Positions 9,947 through 21,513 of a DNA stretch of 53,567 bases are shown here, piece by piece. Under the pieces are notes generated by a model that did not search any database, was not told the DNA's origin, and saw nothing but the letters and a program-made list of their open reading frames with translations. Location: assembly GCA_018062885.1 (NCBI GenBank), contig JAGORJ010000002.1, positions 1-53,567 on the forward strand, read 5' to 3'. Within the stretch, counting starts at the first letter, position 1; each line of letters begins with the position of its first letter. The translations under genes and the position numbers were made by a program. Source of the DNA: Patescibacteria group bacterium (lineage in GTDB: Bacteria; Patescibacteriota; Patescibacteriia; UBA1558; GWA2-36-10).

Positions 9947-12900
9947 TTATTTAGCTCTGTCTAAGCTTTCAGCAAAGCCAGTACCAGCTGGAATCTTGCG
10001 ACCAATAATAACGTTTTCTTTCAAACCTCTCAAATGATCTACGCGACCAGTAATAGCGGCATCAATCAAAACTCTAGCGGTTTCTTGGAAGCTGGCAGCT
10101 GACAAGAAAGAGTCTGAGGTCAAAGAAGCTTTGGTAATACCGAGTAACAATACATCGGAAGTAGCCTGCTCTCCCTTGCAAGCGATATTGGCTTCTTGGA
10201 ATTGGGTGCTAGTGATACTTTCACCTGGCAACAAATCAGTGTCACCTACATCACGGACAAAAACACGAGAGAACATCTGTCTGACTATCAACTCCACATG
10301 CTTGTCATCTAGATTTTGACCTTGTGAAGCATAAATATGTTTAATTTCAGCAATAATGTATTTTTGTGTTTCCAAAATTCCTTTGTGCTCATAGAGCTCT
10401 TGCAAGTCAACACTGCCTTCGGTCAAAGATTTTCCTTCTTCGACAAACTCTTTGTCTTTGATCCAAAGAGTATAGCCAGCCGGGATGATAACTTCTACTT
10501 CGTCACCAGCTTTTTGCAAAACTTTAAGTTTCTTATCAAGGATTTTCACTAAACCACCCAAAGCAGTTTTTTCTTCTTTTTGGTTGATGATAAACAAAGT
10601 TTGACCCGGCTTAACTTCTTGGCCATCTTCTACTTTAAGTTGGGCTTTTTTCTCTAGCAAATATTCTTCCACTCTAGTATCTTGGGTCTTGATTTTGATC
10701 AAACGATTATCTTTGCTGACCAACTGATCTATTTGACCGATTTCTACTATACCAGAAACTGGAGCGAGAATAGACTTTTTCTTTGGTGGACGAGCTTCAA
10801 ATAATTCTTCAACGCGAGGTAAACCTTGAGTCACGTCAGCCTCAGAAGCCACACCACCAGTATGGAAAGTACGCATAGTTAGCTGTGTGCCTGGCTCACC
10901 AATACTTTGCGCAGCTACCACACCGACAGCGGTACCTAGCTTGACCAGGAAGTTGTGACCCAAATCATAGCCATAACATTTTTGGCAGACACCTCTGACT
11001 GATTTACAGGTCAAGAGTGAACGAATACGAATTTGCTCTGGATCAATCGCGTCAATAACTTTGGATAATTCCTCGGTGATCAAAGTGCCCTTCTTGATAG
11101 CTACTTTTTTGCTAGCAGGATCAGTCAAGCCTTCAGACAAAACACGACCAACTACACGAGAGGATAAGGTTTCGTTGGTTTTTTGACTTTCTTCTTTGGT
11201 AAAAATCAAACCCTCTTCATCTTTACAATCTTCTTCTAAGATAACAATGTCTTGAGAAACATCTACCAAACGACGAGTCAAATAACCAGCGTTAGCAGTT
11301 CTCAAAGCAGTATCTGACAAACCTTTACGGGTACCATGAGTGGAGATAAAAAATTCCAACACATCCAAACCGTCTTGAAAGTTAGCCTTGATAGGCAACT
11401 CAATAATATCACCAGCTGGATTGATAACCAAACCTTTAATACCCATGATCTGAATCATCTGTGACCAAGAACCACGAGCACCAGAGTTGATAATCATTGA
11501 GATGGAATTATCTTCACTGAAAACTGATTTACTTTTTTCACTAATTCTATTTTTGATATCTGACCAAACTTCAATAACTTTGATGTATCTTTCTTTGTTG
11601 GTCAATAAACCTTGGTTGTATTGCTCTCTGATTTCTTCCACGCTCTTTTCGCCTTCTCTGATCAATTCATCTTTACCAGGCAAACGCATGATATCTCCCA
11701 TACCCCAAGAAAGACCGGAAGCAGTGATATATTCAAAGGCTAAATCTTTAACTCTGTCCAAAACTTCAACCGTTTCTTCCATGGAAAAGCGTCTAAAAAT
11801 TTCAGCGATAATATTTTTTAAACCTTTTTTATCCAAAACTTCATTAACAAACTCCATCTGCGCTGGCAACTGTTGGTTGAAAAGCACACGACCAATCGAA
11901 GTAGCAATCAAAGCATTGTCTGCTCTAGCTATTCTCACTTTGATCAAATCTTGTAGCTTGATGTAACCCAAAGCAAAAGCTTTGATGGCTTCATTTTCGT
12001 CAGCAAAAAACTTTTTGACTTCCCTGTCTTTAGGAATGTGAGTCAAATAGTAAGACCCCCAAACGATATCTTGGTTTGGCACCACTGATGGCTCACCAGT
12101 CGCTGGTTTCAAAATGTTTTTTGAAGAAAGCATCAAGTTAGCGGCTTCGTCTTTGGCTTCTTCAGTCAATGGCACATGCACAGCCATCTGGTCACCATCA
12201 AAGTCAGCGTTAAAAGCAGTACAAACCAAAGGATGTAACTGAATAGCCTTACCTTCGATCAAAACCGGTTTGAAAGCTTGGATACCCAAACGATGTAAGG
12301 TTGGAGCACGGTTTAACAAGACATGTGCGTCTTTGATAATTTCTTCCAAAATATCCCAGACCTCTTCGTAACCTGCTTCAATATAGCGGTTAGCAGACCT
12401 GACATTGTGCACTAACTCTCTTTTGATCAAATGAGAAATGACAAATGGTCTAAATAATTCCAAAGCCATAGTTTTTGGCAAACCACATTGTGATAATTTC
12501 AAATGTGGACCAACGACGATCACCGAACGACCAGAGTAGTCAACACGCTTACCAAGTAAGTTTTGACGGAAGCGTCCTTGTTTACCTTTGAGCATGTCAG
12601 CAATACTCTTGAGCATGCGTTTTTGTCCAGTAGAGGAGGTGACAGTTTTGCCGTGTCTAGCATTGTTGTCAATCAAAGCATCAACTGCTTCTTGTAACAT
12701 TCTTTTTTCATTTCTTTGAATAACTTCAGGAGCATTAAGCTCTTTTAGTCTCTTGAGACGATTGTTACGATTGATAACCCTGCGATATAAATCATTTAAA
12801 TCAGATGAGGCAAAACGACCACCATCAAGCTGCACCATTGGACGCAAGTCTGGTGGGATGACCGGTACTGTTGTCATGATCATCCACTCTGGGTTGATGG

Positions 12901-13849
12901 TATTTGAGATCAAAGATTTGATCAAACGAGAACGACGAATTAATTTTTTTTGTTTAGAAGGAATAGCTTTTTGAATTTCATCATCCAAAGCTTTTGAAAG
13001 CTTTTTCAAATCAATGCGTTTCAATAAACCACGCACTGCTTCAGCACCGATGCCCGCTTCAAAGACATGTCCGTAGCGCAAAGATAATTCTTGGTATTTG
13101 GTCTCAGAAATAATTTGTAACTCGTGCAATTCTTTGAGCTCTTTCAAAGCGGTTTCTGCGGCTTCTTCTAAGTTTTGTAATTTATCAACTTTGGAAACAT
13201 TTAAATCAGTCAACTCTTGAGTAATTTGTTTTTCTACTTTAGCTTCAGAATCACCAGCAGCCAACATTTTGGTTTTACGGTTGTTGATTTCTTGAGCGCG
13301 TTGATTAAACTCGTTATCAATTTGTTTACGTTTGCTTTTGAGTTCACTTTGGATTTGCTCAAGCGTTTCTTTACGTGCCTCTTCATCAACATGAGTGACC
13401 ACAAAAGAAGCAAAGTAAATAACTTTTTCTAAAGCTTGCACACCAAGATCCAAAACCAAACCGATTTTTGAAGGAATGCCACGTAAAAACCAAATGTGAG
13501 AAACAGGGGCAGCTAAATCAATGTGGCCCATACGCTCACGACGCACAATCGCACGAGTGACTTCTACGCCACACTTGTCACAGACAACACCTTTGTAGCG
13601 AATGCGTTTGTACTTACCACAATAACACTCCCAATCTTTGGAAGGTCCAAAAATCTTTTCGCAAAACAAACCATCTTTTTCTGGCTTTTGAGTACGATAA
13701 TTGATGGTTTCTGGCTTTACAATTTCGCCATGTGACCACTGATGAATATCGTCTGGTGAGGCTAGTCTTAGTTTGATAGCATCAAACTCTAAGACAGTGC
13801 TCTGCTCAGGAGCCATGAAGGTGGTTTTAGTTGATGAAGGAGTAGGCAT
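9947..13849 (-). CDS. rpoC: DNA-directed RNA polymerase subunit beta'
   Basis: 1300 aa. Zn-finger [23 protein letters not shown] and catalytic [12 protein letters not shown]. Collinear with RpoC throughout. Confidence 0.98.
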   Translation of the reverse strand: MPTPSSTKTTFMAPEQSTVLEFDAIKLRLASPDDIHQWSHGEIVKPETINYRTQKPEKDGLFCEKIFGPSKDWECYCGKYKRIRYKGVVCDKCGVEVTRAIVRRERMGHIDLAAPVSHIWFLRGIPSKIGLVLDLGVQALEKVIYFASFVVTHVDEEARKETLEQIQSELKSKRKQIDNEFNQRAQEINNRKTKMLAAGDSEAKVEKQITQELTDLNVSKVDKLQNLEEAAETALKELKELHELQIISETKYQELSLRYGHVFEAGIGAEAVRGLLKRIDLKKLSKALDDEIQKAIPSKQKKLIRRSRLIKSLISNTINPEWMIMTTVPVIPPDLRPMVQLDGGRFASSDLNDLYRRVINRNNRLKRLKELNAPEVIQRNEKRMLQEAVDALIDNNARHGKTVTSSTGQKRMLKSIADMLKGKQGRFRQNLLGKRVDYSGRSVIVVGPHLKLSQCGLPKTMALELFRPFVISHLIKRELVHNVRSANRYIEAGYEEVWDILEEIIKDAHVLLNRAPTLHRLGIQAFKPVLIEGKAIQLHPLVCTAFNADFDGDQMAVHVPLTEEAKDEAANLMLSSKNILKPATGEPSVVPNQDIVWGSYYLTHIPKDREVKKFFADENEAIKAFALGYIKLQDLIKVRIARADNALIATSIGRVLFNQQLPAQMEFVNEVLDKKGLKNIIAEIFRRFSMEETVEVLDRVKDLAFEYITASGLSWGMGDIMRLPGKDELIREGEKSVEEIREQYNQGLLTNKERYIKVIEVWSDIKNRISEKSKSVFSEDNSISMIINSGARGSWSQMIQIMGIKGLVINPAGDIIELPIKANFQDGLDVLEFFISTHGTRKGLSDTALRTANAGYLTRRLVDVSQDIVILEEDCKDEEGLIFTKEESQKTNETLSSRVVGRVLSEGLTDPASKKVAIKKGTLITEELSKVIDAIDPEQIRIRSLLTCKSVRGVCQKCYGYDLGHNFLVKLGTAVGVVAAQSIGEPGTQLTMRTFHTGGVASEADVTQGLPRVEELFEARPPKKKSILAPVSGIVEIGQIDQLVSKDNRLIKIKTQDTRVEEYLLEKKAQLKVEDGQEVKPGQTLFIINQKEEKTALGGLVKILDKKLKVLQKAGDEVEVIIPAGYTLWIKDKEFVEEGKSLTEGSVDLQELYEHKGILETQKYIIAEIKHIYASQGQNLDDKHVELIVRQMFSRVFVRDVGDTDLLPGESITSTQFQEANIACKGEQATSDVLLLGITKASLTSDSFLSAASFQETARVLIDAAITGRVDHLRGLKENVIIGRKIPAGTGFAESLDRAK

Positions 13850-13869
13850 ATTTTTTATAATTTATAAAT

Positions 13870-16800
13870 TTATTCTTCTTCTACGATACTTAAACTATCG
13901 TCAACAATAATTGGCGCCACCTCAGCCAAAACCTCAGCTGTTGTCTCGTCAATAATTTCAGTTTCTCTTTGTCTTTGGCCGATAAGCTCAACTTCCAAAG
14001 CCAAGCCCTTAAGCTCTCTCACCAAAACATTGAAAGATTCAGGAATATTTAAACGATTAATTTTTTCACCTTTGATGATAGACTCATAAGCCTTGGAACG
14101 GCCTGGCACATCATCTGATTTGATAGTCAAAATTTCTTGCAAAGTATTAGCAGCGCCGTAAGCTTCTAAGGCCCAGACCTCCATTTCACCAAATCTCTGT
14201 CCACCAAATTGAGCTTTACCGCCCAAAGGTTGTTGAGTGACGAGTGAGTATGGCCCGATTGAACGTTGGTGAATCTTGTCTTCTACCAAATGATTTAATT
14301 TCAACATATAAGCTACACCAACAGTTGTCTTGTGGTGGAAAGCTTGGCCATTGCGACCATCAAATAATTGTAATTTTCCATCTTCAGGGAAACCAGCTTT
14401 TTTGAGCTCTTCTCTGATAGTTGCTTCTTTAATACCACTTAAGGCAGGCGTTGCAACTTTGTAACCCAAAGTGCGAGCAGCAAGTCCCAAATGAGTTTCG
14501 AGTAACTGACCCAAGTTCATACGAGAAATAACGCCCAAAGGATTCAAGATAATATCTACTGGCGTACCGTCAGCTAAAAATGGCATATCACATTCAGGAA
14601 TAACACGAGAAATAACACCTTTGTTACCATGACGACCAGCCATCTTGTCACCGATTTGGACTTTGCGTAATTGAGCGATCGTAATCTGCACAGTCTTGAT
14701 CACGCCGGCTGGCAATTTGTCGCCATTGTCACGAGAAAAGATTTTGATATCAATCACTTTACCGCGTTCACCGTGTTTTAAGTACAAAGAACTATCTCTA
14801 ACATCTTTGGCTTTTTCACCAAAGATAGCACGAAGCAATTTTTCTTCAGCGGATAATTCAGTTTCACCTTTTGGGGTAATTTTACCAACCAAAATATCTC
14901 CGGAAGAAACATTGGCACCGATACGGACAACGCCTTCGTGGTCTAGATCTTTTAATTTTTCTTCACTGATGTTTGGAATATCACGAGTCACTTGTTCGGC
15001 ACCGAGTTTGGTATCACGCACATCGATAGAATAATCTTCAATACTGATAGAAGTATAGTTATCATTTTTGACAACGCGTTCAGAAACCAAAATAGCATCT
15101 TCATAGTTTCCGCCATCCCAAGTCATATAAGCAACCAACATGTTTTGACCCAGGGCCAATTCACCTTGATCGGTAGCAGCACCATCGGCTAGTGGTTGTA
15201 ATTTTTTTACTTTATCACCCTTATTAACAATTGGGTGTTGGTTCATACTGGTAGAAGTATTGGAGCGAGAAAACTTACGCAAATCATAGCCGGCGATCAC
15301 ACCGTCTTTGTTTGTCACTTCTACTTTGCGACCATCAACATAAGTCACTTCACCATCTTCTTTGGAAACTACCACTTGACCAGAATCTTGAGCAGCACGA
15401 GCTTCGATACCGGTGCCGACGATAGGGGCTTGTGGGCGAATCAAAGAAACAGCTTGACGTTGCATGTTTGTACCCATTAAAGCACGCACAGCATCATCAT
15501 GTTCCAAAAATGGAATCAAAGAAGTAGCAATACTGATAATCTGATGAGGAGCCACATCCAACAAGTCAATTTTTTCTACCTTGTCGTAGCTAGGCGTACC
15601 TTTGATTCTCAATTCTGAATATTCACTGACAAAATAACCCTCTTCATCCAGCGGTACAGTGGCAGCGGCGGTGTTGTATTTTTCTTCATCAAAAGCATCC
15701 AAATAAGTAATCTCATTTGTAACTAATGGTTTGATTGGGATAAGTTCCAAATCTTTTTCAGCGGCTAATTTTTTGGCAATACTCTCAGAAATTGTTTCAC
15801 CTTTTTTAACAATATTTTTAATATCTACTCTGGCAATTTTGCCGGTAGTTATTCTTGGGTCGTTTTCTACATCGTGTAAAACTTTACGGAATGGCGTTTC
15901 AATAAAACCAAAATCATTGACCCGAGCATAAGAAGCTAAGTGGCCAACCAAGCCAATGTTTGGACCTTCAGGAGTAGCGATCGGACAAATACGGCCATAG
16001 TGAGTACGATGCACATCACGAACTTCAAAACCAGCACGTTCACGAGAAAGACCACCAGGACCCATAGCAGACAAACGGCGTTTATGTTCAAGCTCAGCCA
16101 ATGGATTTACTTGGTCCATGAATTGAGAGAGCTGTGAGCTCATAAAAAATTCTTTGATGGAACCAATCACTGGACGAGCATTGATAAGCTGATTTGGAGA
16201 AATGTTGTTTATATCCAAAGTAGACATTCTGTCGCGCACAATTCTTTCCATACGAGCCAAACCAATACGGAATTTGTTTTGCACTAATTCACCGACAGCA
16301 CGCACACGACGATTGCCTAAGTGATCAATATCATCAGCTTCATCTTGGCTCAAATTCAAACGGATAATTTCTTTAACAGTCAAAACCAAATCTTCAATGC
16401 GTAAAACACGAGTGTCTTTGTTGTTAGCTAAATCCAAACTAAAACGAGAATTTATTTTGTAGCGACCAACGCGTCCAAAATCATAACGGTCAAAATTAAA
16501 AAACATGGCGTGAATCAAAGATCTAGCATTATCCACCGTGGCTAAATCGCCTGGACGAATACGCTTATAAACTTCTTTCAAACCGCCAGCCTCATCATGA
16601 GCAACGTCTTTCTCAATCGTCTTATCAATAAATTTTACTTCTGGATGAGTGTCTACGTCAGCAAAAGCTTTTTTGATTTCTTCGTCAGTCGTCAAACCCA
16701 AGGCGCGTAAAAGAGCGGTGACTGGCACTTTTCTTTTTCTATCAATTTTTACATAAATCACATTGCTGGCGTCAGTTTCTATTTCTAACCAAGCACCACG

Positions 16801-17286
16801 ATTTGGGATAATTTTTGCACCATAGTATCTACGGCCTCTTAAAATCTGGGAAGTAAAAAATACACCAGCCGATCTGATAAGCTGAGAAACAACTACTCTT
16901 TCCACACCATTGATAACAAAAGTACCGCGGTCAGTCATGACGGGAAAATCACCTAAGTAAATTTCCTGTTCTTTTATTTCATTGGTTTTTTTGTTGAGCA
17001 ATCTGACGTTGACGCGCAAAGGTGCCTCAAAAGTAGTGTTCTTGGCTTTGGCCGTCACTTCGTCAAACTTGACCTCGTCTAGATAATAATCTAAGAAATA
17101 TAATTCCAAATCTCGACCAATAAAATCTTTGATGGGCGAAACCTCGTCAAATAATTCTTTCAAACCTTCCTTAAAAAACCAATCATAGGAATTTTTTTGG
17201 ACTTCGACTAAATCAGTCAAAGGAATAGCTTCTCGTAAGGTATCAAAATACTCGCGAGTAGTTGTTGGGGCTTTTTTGGAGGACAT
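13870..17286 (-). CDS. rpoB: DNA-directed RNA polymerase subunit beta
   Basis: 1138 aa. Conserved blocks include GPGGLSRERAGFEVRDVH, LGRHGNKG-like MAGRHGNKGVISRV and GGQRFGEMEVWALEAYGA. Confidence 0.98.
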   Translation of the reverse strand: MSSKKAPTTTREYFDTLREAIPLTDLVEVQKNSYDWFFKEGLKELFDEVSPIKDFIGRDLELYFLDYYLDEVKFDEVTAKAKNTTFEAPLRVNVRLLNKKTNEIKEQEIYLGDFPVMTDRGTFVINGVERVVVSQLIRSAGVFFTSQILRGRRYYGAKIIPNRGAWLEIETDASNVIYVKIDRKRKVPVTALLRALGLTTDEEIKKAFADVDTHPEVKFIDKTIEKDVAHDEAGGLKEVYKRIRPGDLATVDNARSLIHAMFFNFDRYDFGRVGRYKINSRFSLDLANNKDTRVLRIEDLVLTVKEIIRLNLSQDEADDIDHLGNRRVRAVGELVQNKFRIGLARMERIVRDRMSTLDINNISPNQLINARPVIGSIKEFFMSSQLSQFMDQVNPLAELEHKRRLSAMGPGGLSRERAGFEVRDVHRTHYGRICPIATPEGPNIGLVGHLASYARVNDFGFIETPFRKVLHDVENDPRITTGKIARVDIKNIVKKGETISESIAKKLAAEKDLELIPIKPLVTNEITYLDAFDEEKYNTAAATVPLDEEGYFVSEYSELRIKGTPSYDKVEKIDLLDVAPHQIISIATSLIPFLEHDDAVRALMGTNMQRQAVSLIRPQAPIVGTGIEARAAQDSGQVVVSKEDGEVTYVDGRKVEVTNKDGVIAGYDLRKFSRSNTSTSMNQHPIVNKGDKVKKLQPLADGAATDQGELALGQNMLVAYMTWDGGNYEDAILVSERVVKNDNYTSISIEDYSIDVRDTKLGAEQVTRDIPNISEEKLKDLDHEGVVRIGANVSSGDILVGKITPKGETELSAEEKLLRAIFGEKAKDVRDSSLYLKHGERGKVIDIKIFSRDNGDKLPAGVIKTVQITIAQLRKVQIGDKMAGRHGNKGVISRVIPECDMPFLADGTPVDIILNPLGVISRMNLGQLLETHLGLAARTLGYKVATPALSGIKEATIREELKKAGFPEDGKLQLFDGRNGQAFHHKTTVGVAYMLKLNHLVEDKIHQRSIGPYSLVTQQPLGGKAQFGGQRFGEMEVWALEAYGAANTLQEILTIKSDDVPGRSKAYESIIKGEKINRLNIPESFNVLVRELKGLALEVELIGQRQRETEIIDETTAEVLAEVAPIIVDDSLSIVEEE

Positions 17287-17626
17287 AGAAGTTCTAAAGA
17301 TAATTTTTAATTATCGACTATTTGATAAAAGCTTTTATTCTTTAGACAAAAAATAAACTCACCCCTAATTTCTAGAGATCAGTCTTTTTGCTTTTTTAGA
17401 CTAAAACGCCTTTAGTCGACAAAATTTGCATGCTTGTATATTAGTAAATTTTTTTGACTTTGTCAATAAGGGTTTACAAAAAATCCTAAAAAACCTGTTT
17501 TAAAAAATGTTTTATCTAAGATTAGCCAAAGCTTGCGAGATGGATATTTCTCATCTTGTCAAATTTTTCTAAACTTTGTCTAATATAAGCTAAATTTATA
17601 CACAAGTAGGGCCACTTGTCCATAAC

Positions 17627-17645
17627 TTATCCACATTTATCCACT
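17627..17645 (+). promoter_or_regulatory. Two tandem DnaA-box motifs (TTATCCACA, TTATCCACT) in the rpoB upstream region
   Basis: Exact consensus 9-mer at 17627-17635. A one-mismatch copy at 17637-17645 lies in the same orientation, 1 nt apart. Confidence 0.6.
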
Positions 17646-17761
17646 CAAAACGCTTACTTACTTCGGAAAAATAAGCTTTGTGTTTAGTTTTTTGACAAAA
17701 AAGCCAAAAAAGTTTAGCCTTAAGTGGTCTTGTTCATCCTAAATTTTTCCAGGGGGAAGAA

Positions 17762-18184
17762 ATGAAAGCACTCGCATGGTCCTTTGTTCATCATCTCTTG
17801 TTTTTCATTGTCCTCGGTCCCGTTGCCGGCTTTATAGCCTATTTCACGGTACAACCCAGCGATTACACCTTAAAAAGTGTACTCCTAGCCGCGAGCATCG
17901 CTAGTGTAATTTTCTGCCCCCTTGTCTTTATTATAATCAAAGGCAAGGAATTAGATCAGTACCCGCTACTCAGCACTATCAGCAGGGTTATAATGGTGCT
18001 GTTTATGGCAATTGTACTCACGGTAATGTTTTTCAATGTTCTTTATGGAGATTCAGCCTCAGACCAAAAGCTCATCAAGCTCTTGCAGGGATATGTTGCT
18101 GTAGCGCTAGCCTTTTGTGTGCTCGCATTTTTAAAAGACCCCTTTGAAAAATGGCGCAAACAGCCATCAAGTCCAAACAACTAG
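17762..18184 (+). CDS. Hypothetical 4-TM membrane protein (GC-rich islet)
   Basis: 140-aa ORF with GGGGGAAG purine-rich RBS and a terminator at 18207-18236. Higher G+C than flanks. It is on the plus strand in the otherwise minus-strand stretch from 1450 to 24850. Confidence 0.55.
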   Translation: MKALAWSFVHHLLFFIVLGPVAGFIAYFTVQPSDYTLKSVLLAASIASVIFCPLVFIIIKGKELDQYPLLSTISRVIMVLFMAIVLTVMFFNVLYGDSASDQKLIKLLQGYVAVALAFCVLAFLKDPFEKWRKQPSSPNN

Positions 18185-18206
18185 GCACAAGCAGCCAAAT
18201 AAAAAC

Positions 18207-18236
18207 ACCGTTTTGGAGGGAACGGTTTTTCTTTTT
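18207..18236 (+). terminator. Intrinsic terminator (ACCGTT...AACGGT plus T-run)
   Basis: 6-bp stem at 18207-18212/18221-18226, followed by TTTTCTTTTT. Confidence 0.65.
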
Positions 18237-18250
18237 GACAAAAAACAACC

Positions 18251-19558
18251 CTAGTGGTTGTTTTTAAAATATTCTTTTACTACTTGCCTATCATCGTGAG
18301 GAATTTTGGTGCCGTTTTTAGTGCAGATAAATTGTTCTGCACCTTTGCCGGTGATCAAAACTAAATCATTGCTTTCTGCTAGAGACAAAGCTTTGTGGAT
18401 CGCTGACTTACGATCTAAAATTGCATACAAGCTCACAAGAGGCTCTTTGCCGGCTTTAATCGCGCCACCTGAGACATTGTCTATGATCTCTTGCGGATCG
18501 TCGTCATAAGGGTCTTCGTTGGTGACTACCACTATGTCGGCAAATTCTCCAGCCATTTGTCCCAAGACAGGTTGTCGTGCTTTATCTCGTCCTCCACCAC
18601 AAGAACCAAGAACATGAATTAGTTTATTGTAGTTTAAATTTTTCAAAGCTTGATAGAGTTGTTTTAAGCCTTCTGGCTCTGGTGCATAATCAATCATCAC
18701 TTTAAAATTTTTTTGTCCGCCAGCTGGCGGATCAATAAACTCTTGCCTGCCGGGCACGCCTTTTAAGGTAACGGTTTTTATTTTCTCTAGAGAAAATCCT
18801 AAAGCATTGACGGCGCTGATAGCACTCAAAATATTATAGGCATTAAATTTGCCTAAAAAGTTTGTCTTAAAATTTATATTTTCTAAATCAAAATTTACTA
18901 GACCATTACTTAAATTTAAATTTTCTATTTTGTAATCGGCTTGATTTTCTAAAGCGTAAGTCAAAAATTTATCTGCGGGATATTTTTTTAATCTTTCGGT
19001 CTCTAGATCGTCGGCATTAGAAATAATTATTTTATTTATTTTTTGGCCGGCAATATTTTTATGTTTGCTTTGACTTAAGTGCTGAAACAATTTTTCTTTA
19101 GCTGCGCGATAGTTTTCAAAACCCCCGTGAGCCTCGATGTGTTCTGGTGTCAGATTGGTAAAAACAACTAGATCATAATTTATCCCTAGATGACGAAACT
19201 GTTCAATGCCTTGTGATGAGGTCTCAATCACGGCGTAGCTGCATTTTTCTTTGACGGCTTGGTTTAATAATTTTTGCGTTGACAGGCGGCCGAGCATAGT
19301 CATTTTTTTGTCATTGAGCCACTCCTTGCCTGCGAGTTTAAAATTCACCGTGGAACTTAGCGCTACTTTTTCACCAAGAGATTCAAGTAGTTGCGCAATC
19401 AAATTGACAGTAGCGGTCTTGCCGTTTGTACCGGTCACGCCGATAACAATCAGTTTATTGCTTGGATAAAAATAAACCATGGGCGCAAGCACTGCTAGCA
19501 ACCAGTGGTAAGTTGTTTTTAAAAAACGAGGGCTAATTTTTCTTAAAAAATTAAGCAT
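18251..19558 (-). CDS. Mur ligase family protein (MurE-like, lacking the usual N-terminal domain)
   Basis: 435 aa. P-loop GVTGTNGKTAT, ETSSQGIEQFR and FTNLTPEHIEAHGGFENYRAAKEKLF match the MurE central domain. C-terminal Mur ligase domain present. Confidence 0.75.
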   Translation of the reverse strand: MLNFLRKISPRFLKTTYHWLLAVLAPMVYFYPSNKLIVIGVTGTNGKTATVNLIAQLLESLGEKVALSSTVNFKLAGKEWLNDKKMTMLGRLSTQKLLNQAVKEKCSYAVIETSSQGIEQFRHLGINYDLVVFTNLTPEHIEAHGGFENYRAAKEKLFQHLSQSKHKNIAGQKINKIIISNADDLETERLKKYPADKFLTYALENQADYKIENLNLSNGLVNFDLENINFKTNFLGKFNAYNILSAISAVNALGFSLEKIKTVTLKGVPGRQEFIDPPAGGQKNFKVMIDYAPEPEGLKQLYQALKNLNYNKLIHVLGSCGGGRDKARQPVLGQMAGEFADIVVVTNEDPYDDDPQEIIDNVSGGAIKAGKEPLVSLYAILDRKSAIHKALSLAESNDLVLITGKGAEQFICTKNGTKIPHDDRQVVKEYFKNNH

Positions 19559-20276
19559 AAGTTTGTTTTATATACTGTTCAACTTTTTCTATATCACTAG
19601 GTTTACCAAAGTCAAACCAAATATTTTTTAAATCAAGTGTTTTTACTTTTTTTTGTTTGGCCAATAAATTAATCACGTCGGTTAACTCATACTCGCCCCT
19701 AACTGACAAAGATATTTTGTCCAGGTAGTCAAAAACTTCGGGTGTAAATTTATATAGACCGGTGTTTATCATGTCGCCAACAAAGTCTTTGGGTTTTTCA
19801 ATAATTTCTTGTAAAAAATTATCTTTGTCTGTGTGTAAGACGCCATAGTTTTGTGGGCTCTCATGTTTGAGGCCAGCTACATAGTGATAGTCATCGTCGA
19901 TATTAAAAGCTTTCAGGTCCTCTATTGCATACAAGTTGTCGCCATAGACTGACAAAAAGTTTTCTTGCCCCAAAATATCTTTGACACACTCTAGTGGACA
20001 AGCGGTGCCATATTTATTTTCACCCAAAATTTCAAACTGATTAACAACTGTGACACTAAACTCGTTTTTATATTGCTCCAAAAAATTTTCTATAAATTCT
20101 TTTTTGTAGCCCACCACCATCACTACTTCCGAAAAGCCAGCTTTTTTTAAATTGTTTAAAAGATAATACAAAAATGGCTTATTATTTACCTCTATTAAAT
20201 GCTTGGGCTTGTCTTTAGCTAGATCAAGCATTCGACTGCCACGACCAGCGGCTGAAATTAAAACTTTTTTTATCAT
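19551..20276 (-). CDS. Sugar-phosphate nucleotidyltransferase
   Basis: 241 aa. N-terminal ISAAGRGSRM (GxGxR) nucleotidyltransferase signature. Overlaps the Mur ligase start by 8 nt. Confidence 0.75.
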   Translation of the reverse strand: MIKKVLISAAGRGSRMLDLAKDKPKHLIEVNNKPFLYYLLNNLKKAGFSEVVMVVGYKKEFIENFLEQYKNEFSVTVVNQFEILGENKYGTACPLECVKDILGQENFLSVYGDNLYAIEDLKAFNIDDDYHYVAGLKHESPQNYGVLHTDKDNFLQEIIEKPKDFVGDMINTGLYKFTPEVFDYLDKISLSVRGEYELTDVINLLAKQKKVKTLDLKNIWFDFGKPSDIEKVEQYIKQTYA

Positions 20277-20277
20277 A

Positions 20278-20499
20278 CTACTTGCGACAGTTTGGACATT
20301 TTTTATGTGCTAAAATTTTTGCCAATTGCTCTTGGGTTTCTTGAGTGATTGTTCTTTCTTTGTTTGGCATAGAGTTTGGCATAAAAACTGAAAATTCTTT
20401 TTTGCAATTTTCACATTCAATAGTATAAACATCATGCTCTAAGTCTTTATTTTTTTCCATTTGAATATCACTTGGATTATCCGCAAGAAATTCTTTCAT
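20278..20499 (-). CDS. Small zinc-ribbon protein
   Basis: 73 aa with paired CxxC motifs (CENCKK ... CPNCRK). Wedged with 1-2 nt spacing between FemAB and the nucleotidyltransferase. Confidence 0.55.
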   Translation of the reverse strand: MKEFLADNPSDIQMEKNKDLEHDVYTIECENCKKEFSVFMPNSMPNKERTITQETQEQLAKILAHKKCPNCRK

Positions 20500-20500
20500 A

Positions 20501-21511
20501 TTATTTAAAAAATTTTCTTAGTTTTTTAGCAAAATTATAAGCTTTATAAAAACCAGCTTGATAAACAAAGACTTGTGCTTTTGCTGAAGAAACGCTTTTA
20601 CCGGAAAAGCCTTTTTTAAATCTCGTAAAACCTTGCCAGTTTGCCTTGGAATTATCGTCTGGCGCTATGCCCCAAAAATCATAATATAAAGCGCCGTCAG
20701 CCATCGCATCTTTGATGGCTTGCCACTGCAATAAATATGGCGCCATAAAGCTACGATATTGATAGTCCGAAGCTCCGTGTAAATAGGTGCTGGTTTTGCC
20801 AAAATTTATCTGCAAGTTTGCCGCCACTACCTTGTCCCCTACTTTGGCTAAATAAATTTTAGCAGCATTGCGCTCCAAAAACACCTTCCACAACAAGCGA
20901 TAATATTCATCTGCATGGGCAACAATATTTTGCCTAGTAGCGGTTTTTTTATTTAAGGCCAAAAAAGTTTCTATACTTTTTTCTTCTTCACTTGCTTCCA
21001 CCACAACACCTTTTTTACCAGCCAACATAATATTATATCTTGTCTTTGGGTGCATGGCGGCCAAAATCTCTGCGTGACCTTTGTTTAGCTCCAAATAAAT
21101 AGTGTCACGAGGCTGTATATTAGCAGTGTCTTGTAAGCCCTCAATAAAAGCAATATCTTGACTTGGCTCTATTTTTAAAAATACCTCTTCTCTTTTTTTA
21201 GTGTTGATACTTATGTCTCGCGTCTTTGATAAAATCAATTTAGCCGCTTCTTCTATTTGTTCATCACTTAAATCATTTTTAAAAACCGGGCCTTTGGGTG
21301 CGTACAAATAGCTTTTACCAAAAGCCAATTTATTTTCATATAGCAAACATTTAGCAAGCACAACATCATCTTCTCTCACTATTATTTGCCAAAACTTTTT
21401 TTCTTGCGCTTCCAAAAAATTCATCCACAGCTGACTTTGTAAAAAAGCACCACTAAGAAATGAATCAGTCAAAATATCGTCGTATTTTTTATTATCAATC
21501 TCTGCTTGCAT
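20501..21511 (-). CDS. FemAB-family peptidoglycan interpeptide-bridge aminoacyltransferase
   Basis: 336 aa. FLQS..W, YLYAPKGP and the C-terminal GASDYQYRSFMAPYLLQWQAIKDA...YDFWG pattern are typical of FemA/FemB/MurM. Confidence 0.75.
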   Translation of the reverse strand: MQAEIDNKKYDDILTDSFLSGAFLQSQLWMNFLEAQEKKFWQIIVREDDVVLAKCLLYENKLAFGKSYLYAPKGPVFKNDLSDEQIEEAAKLILSKTRDISINTKKREEVFLKIEPSQDIAFIEGLQDTANIQPRDTIYLELNKGHAEILAAMHPKTRYNIMLAGKKGVVVEASEEEKSIETFLALNKKTATRQNIVAHADEYYRLLWKVFLERNAAKIYLAKVGDKVVAANLQINFGKTSTYLHGASDYQYRSFMAPYLLQWQAIKDAMADGALYYDFWGIAPDDNSKANWQGFTRFKKGFSGKSVSSAKAQVFVYQAGFYKAYNFAKKLRKFFK

Positions 21512-21513
21512 TT

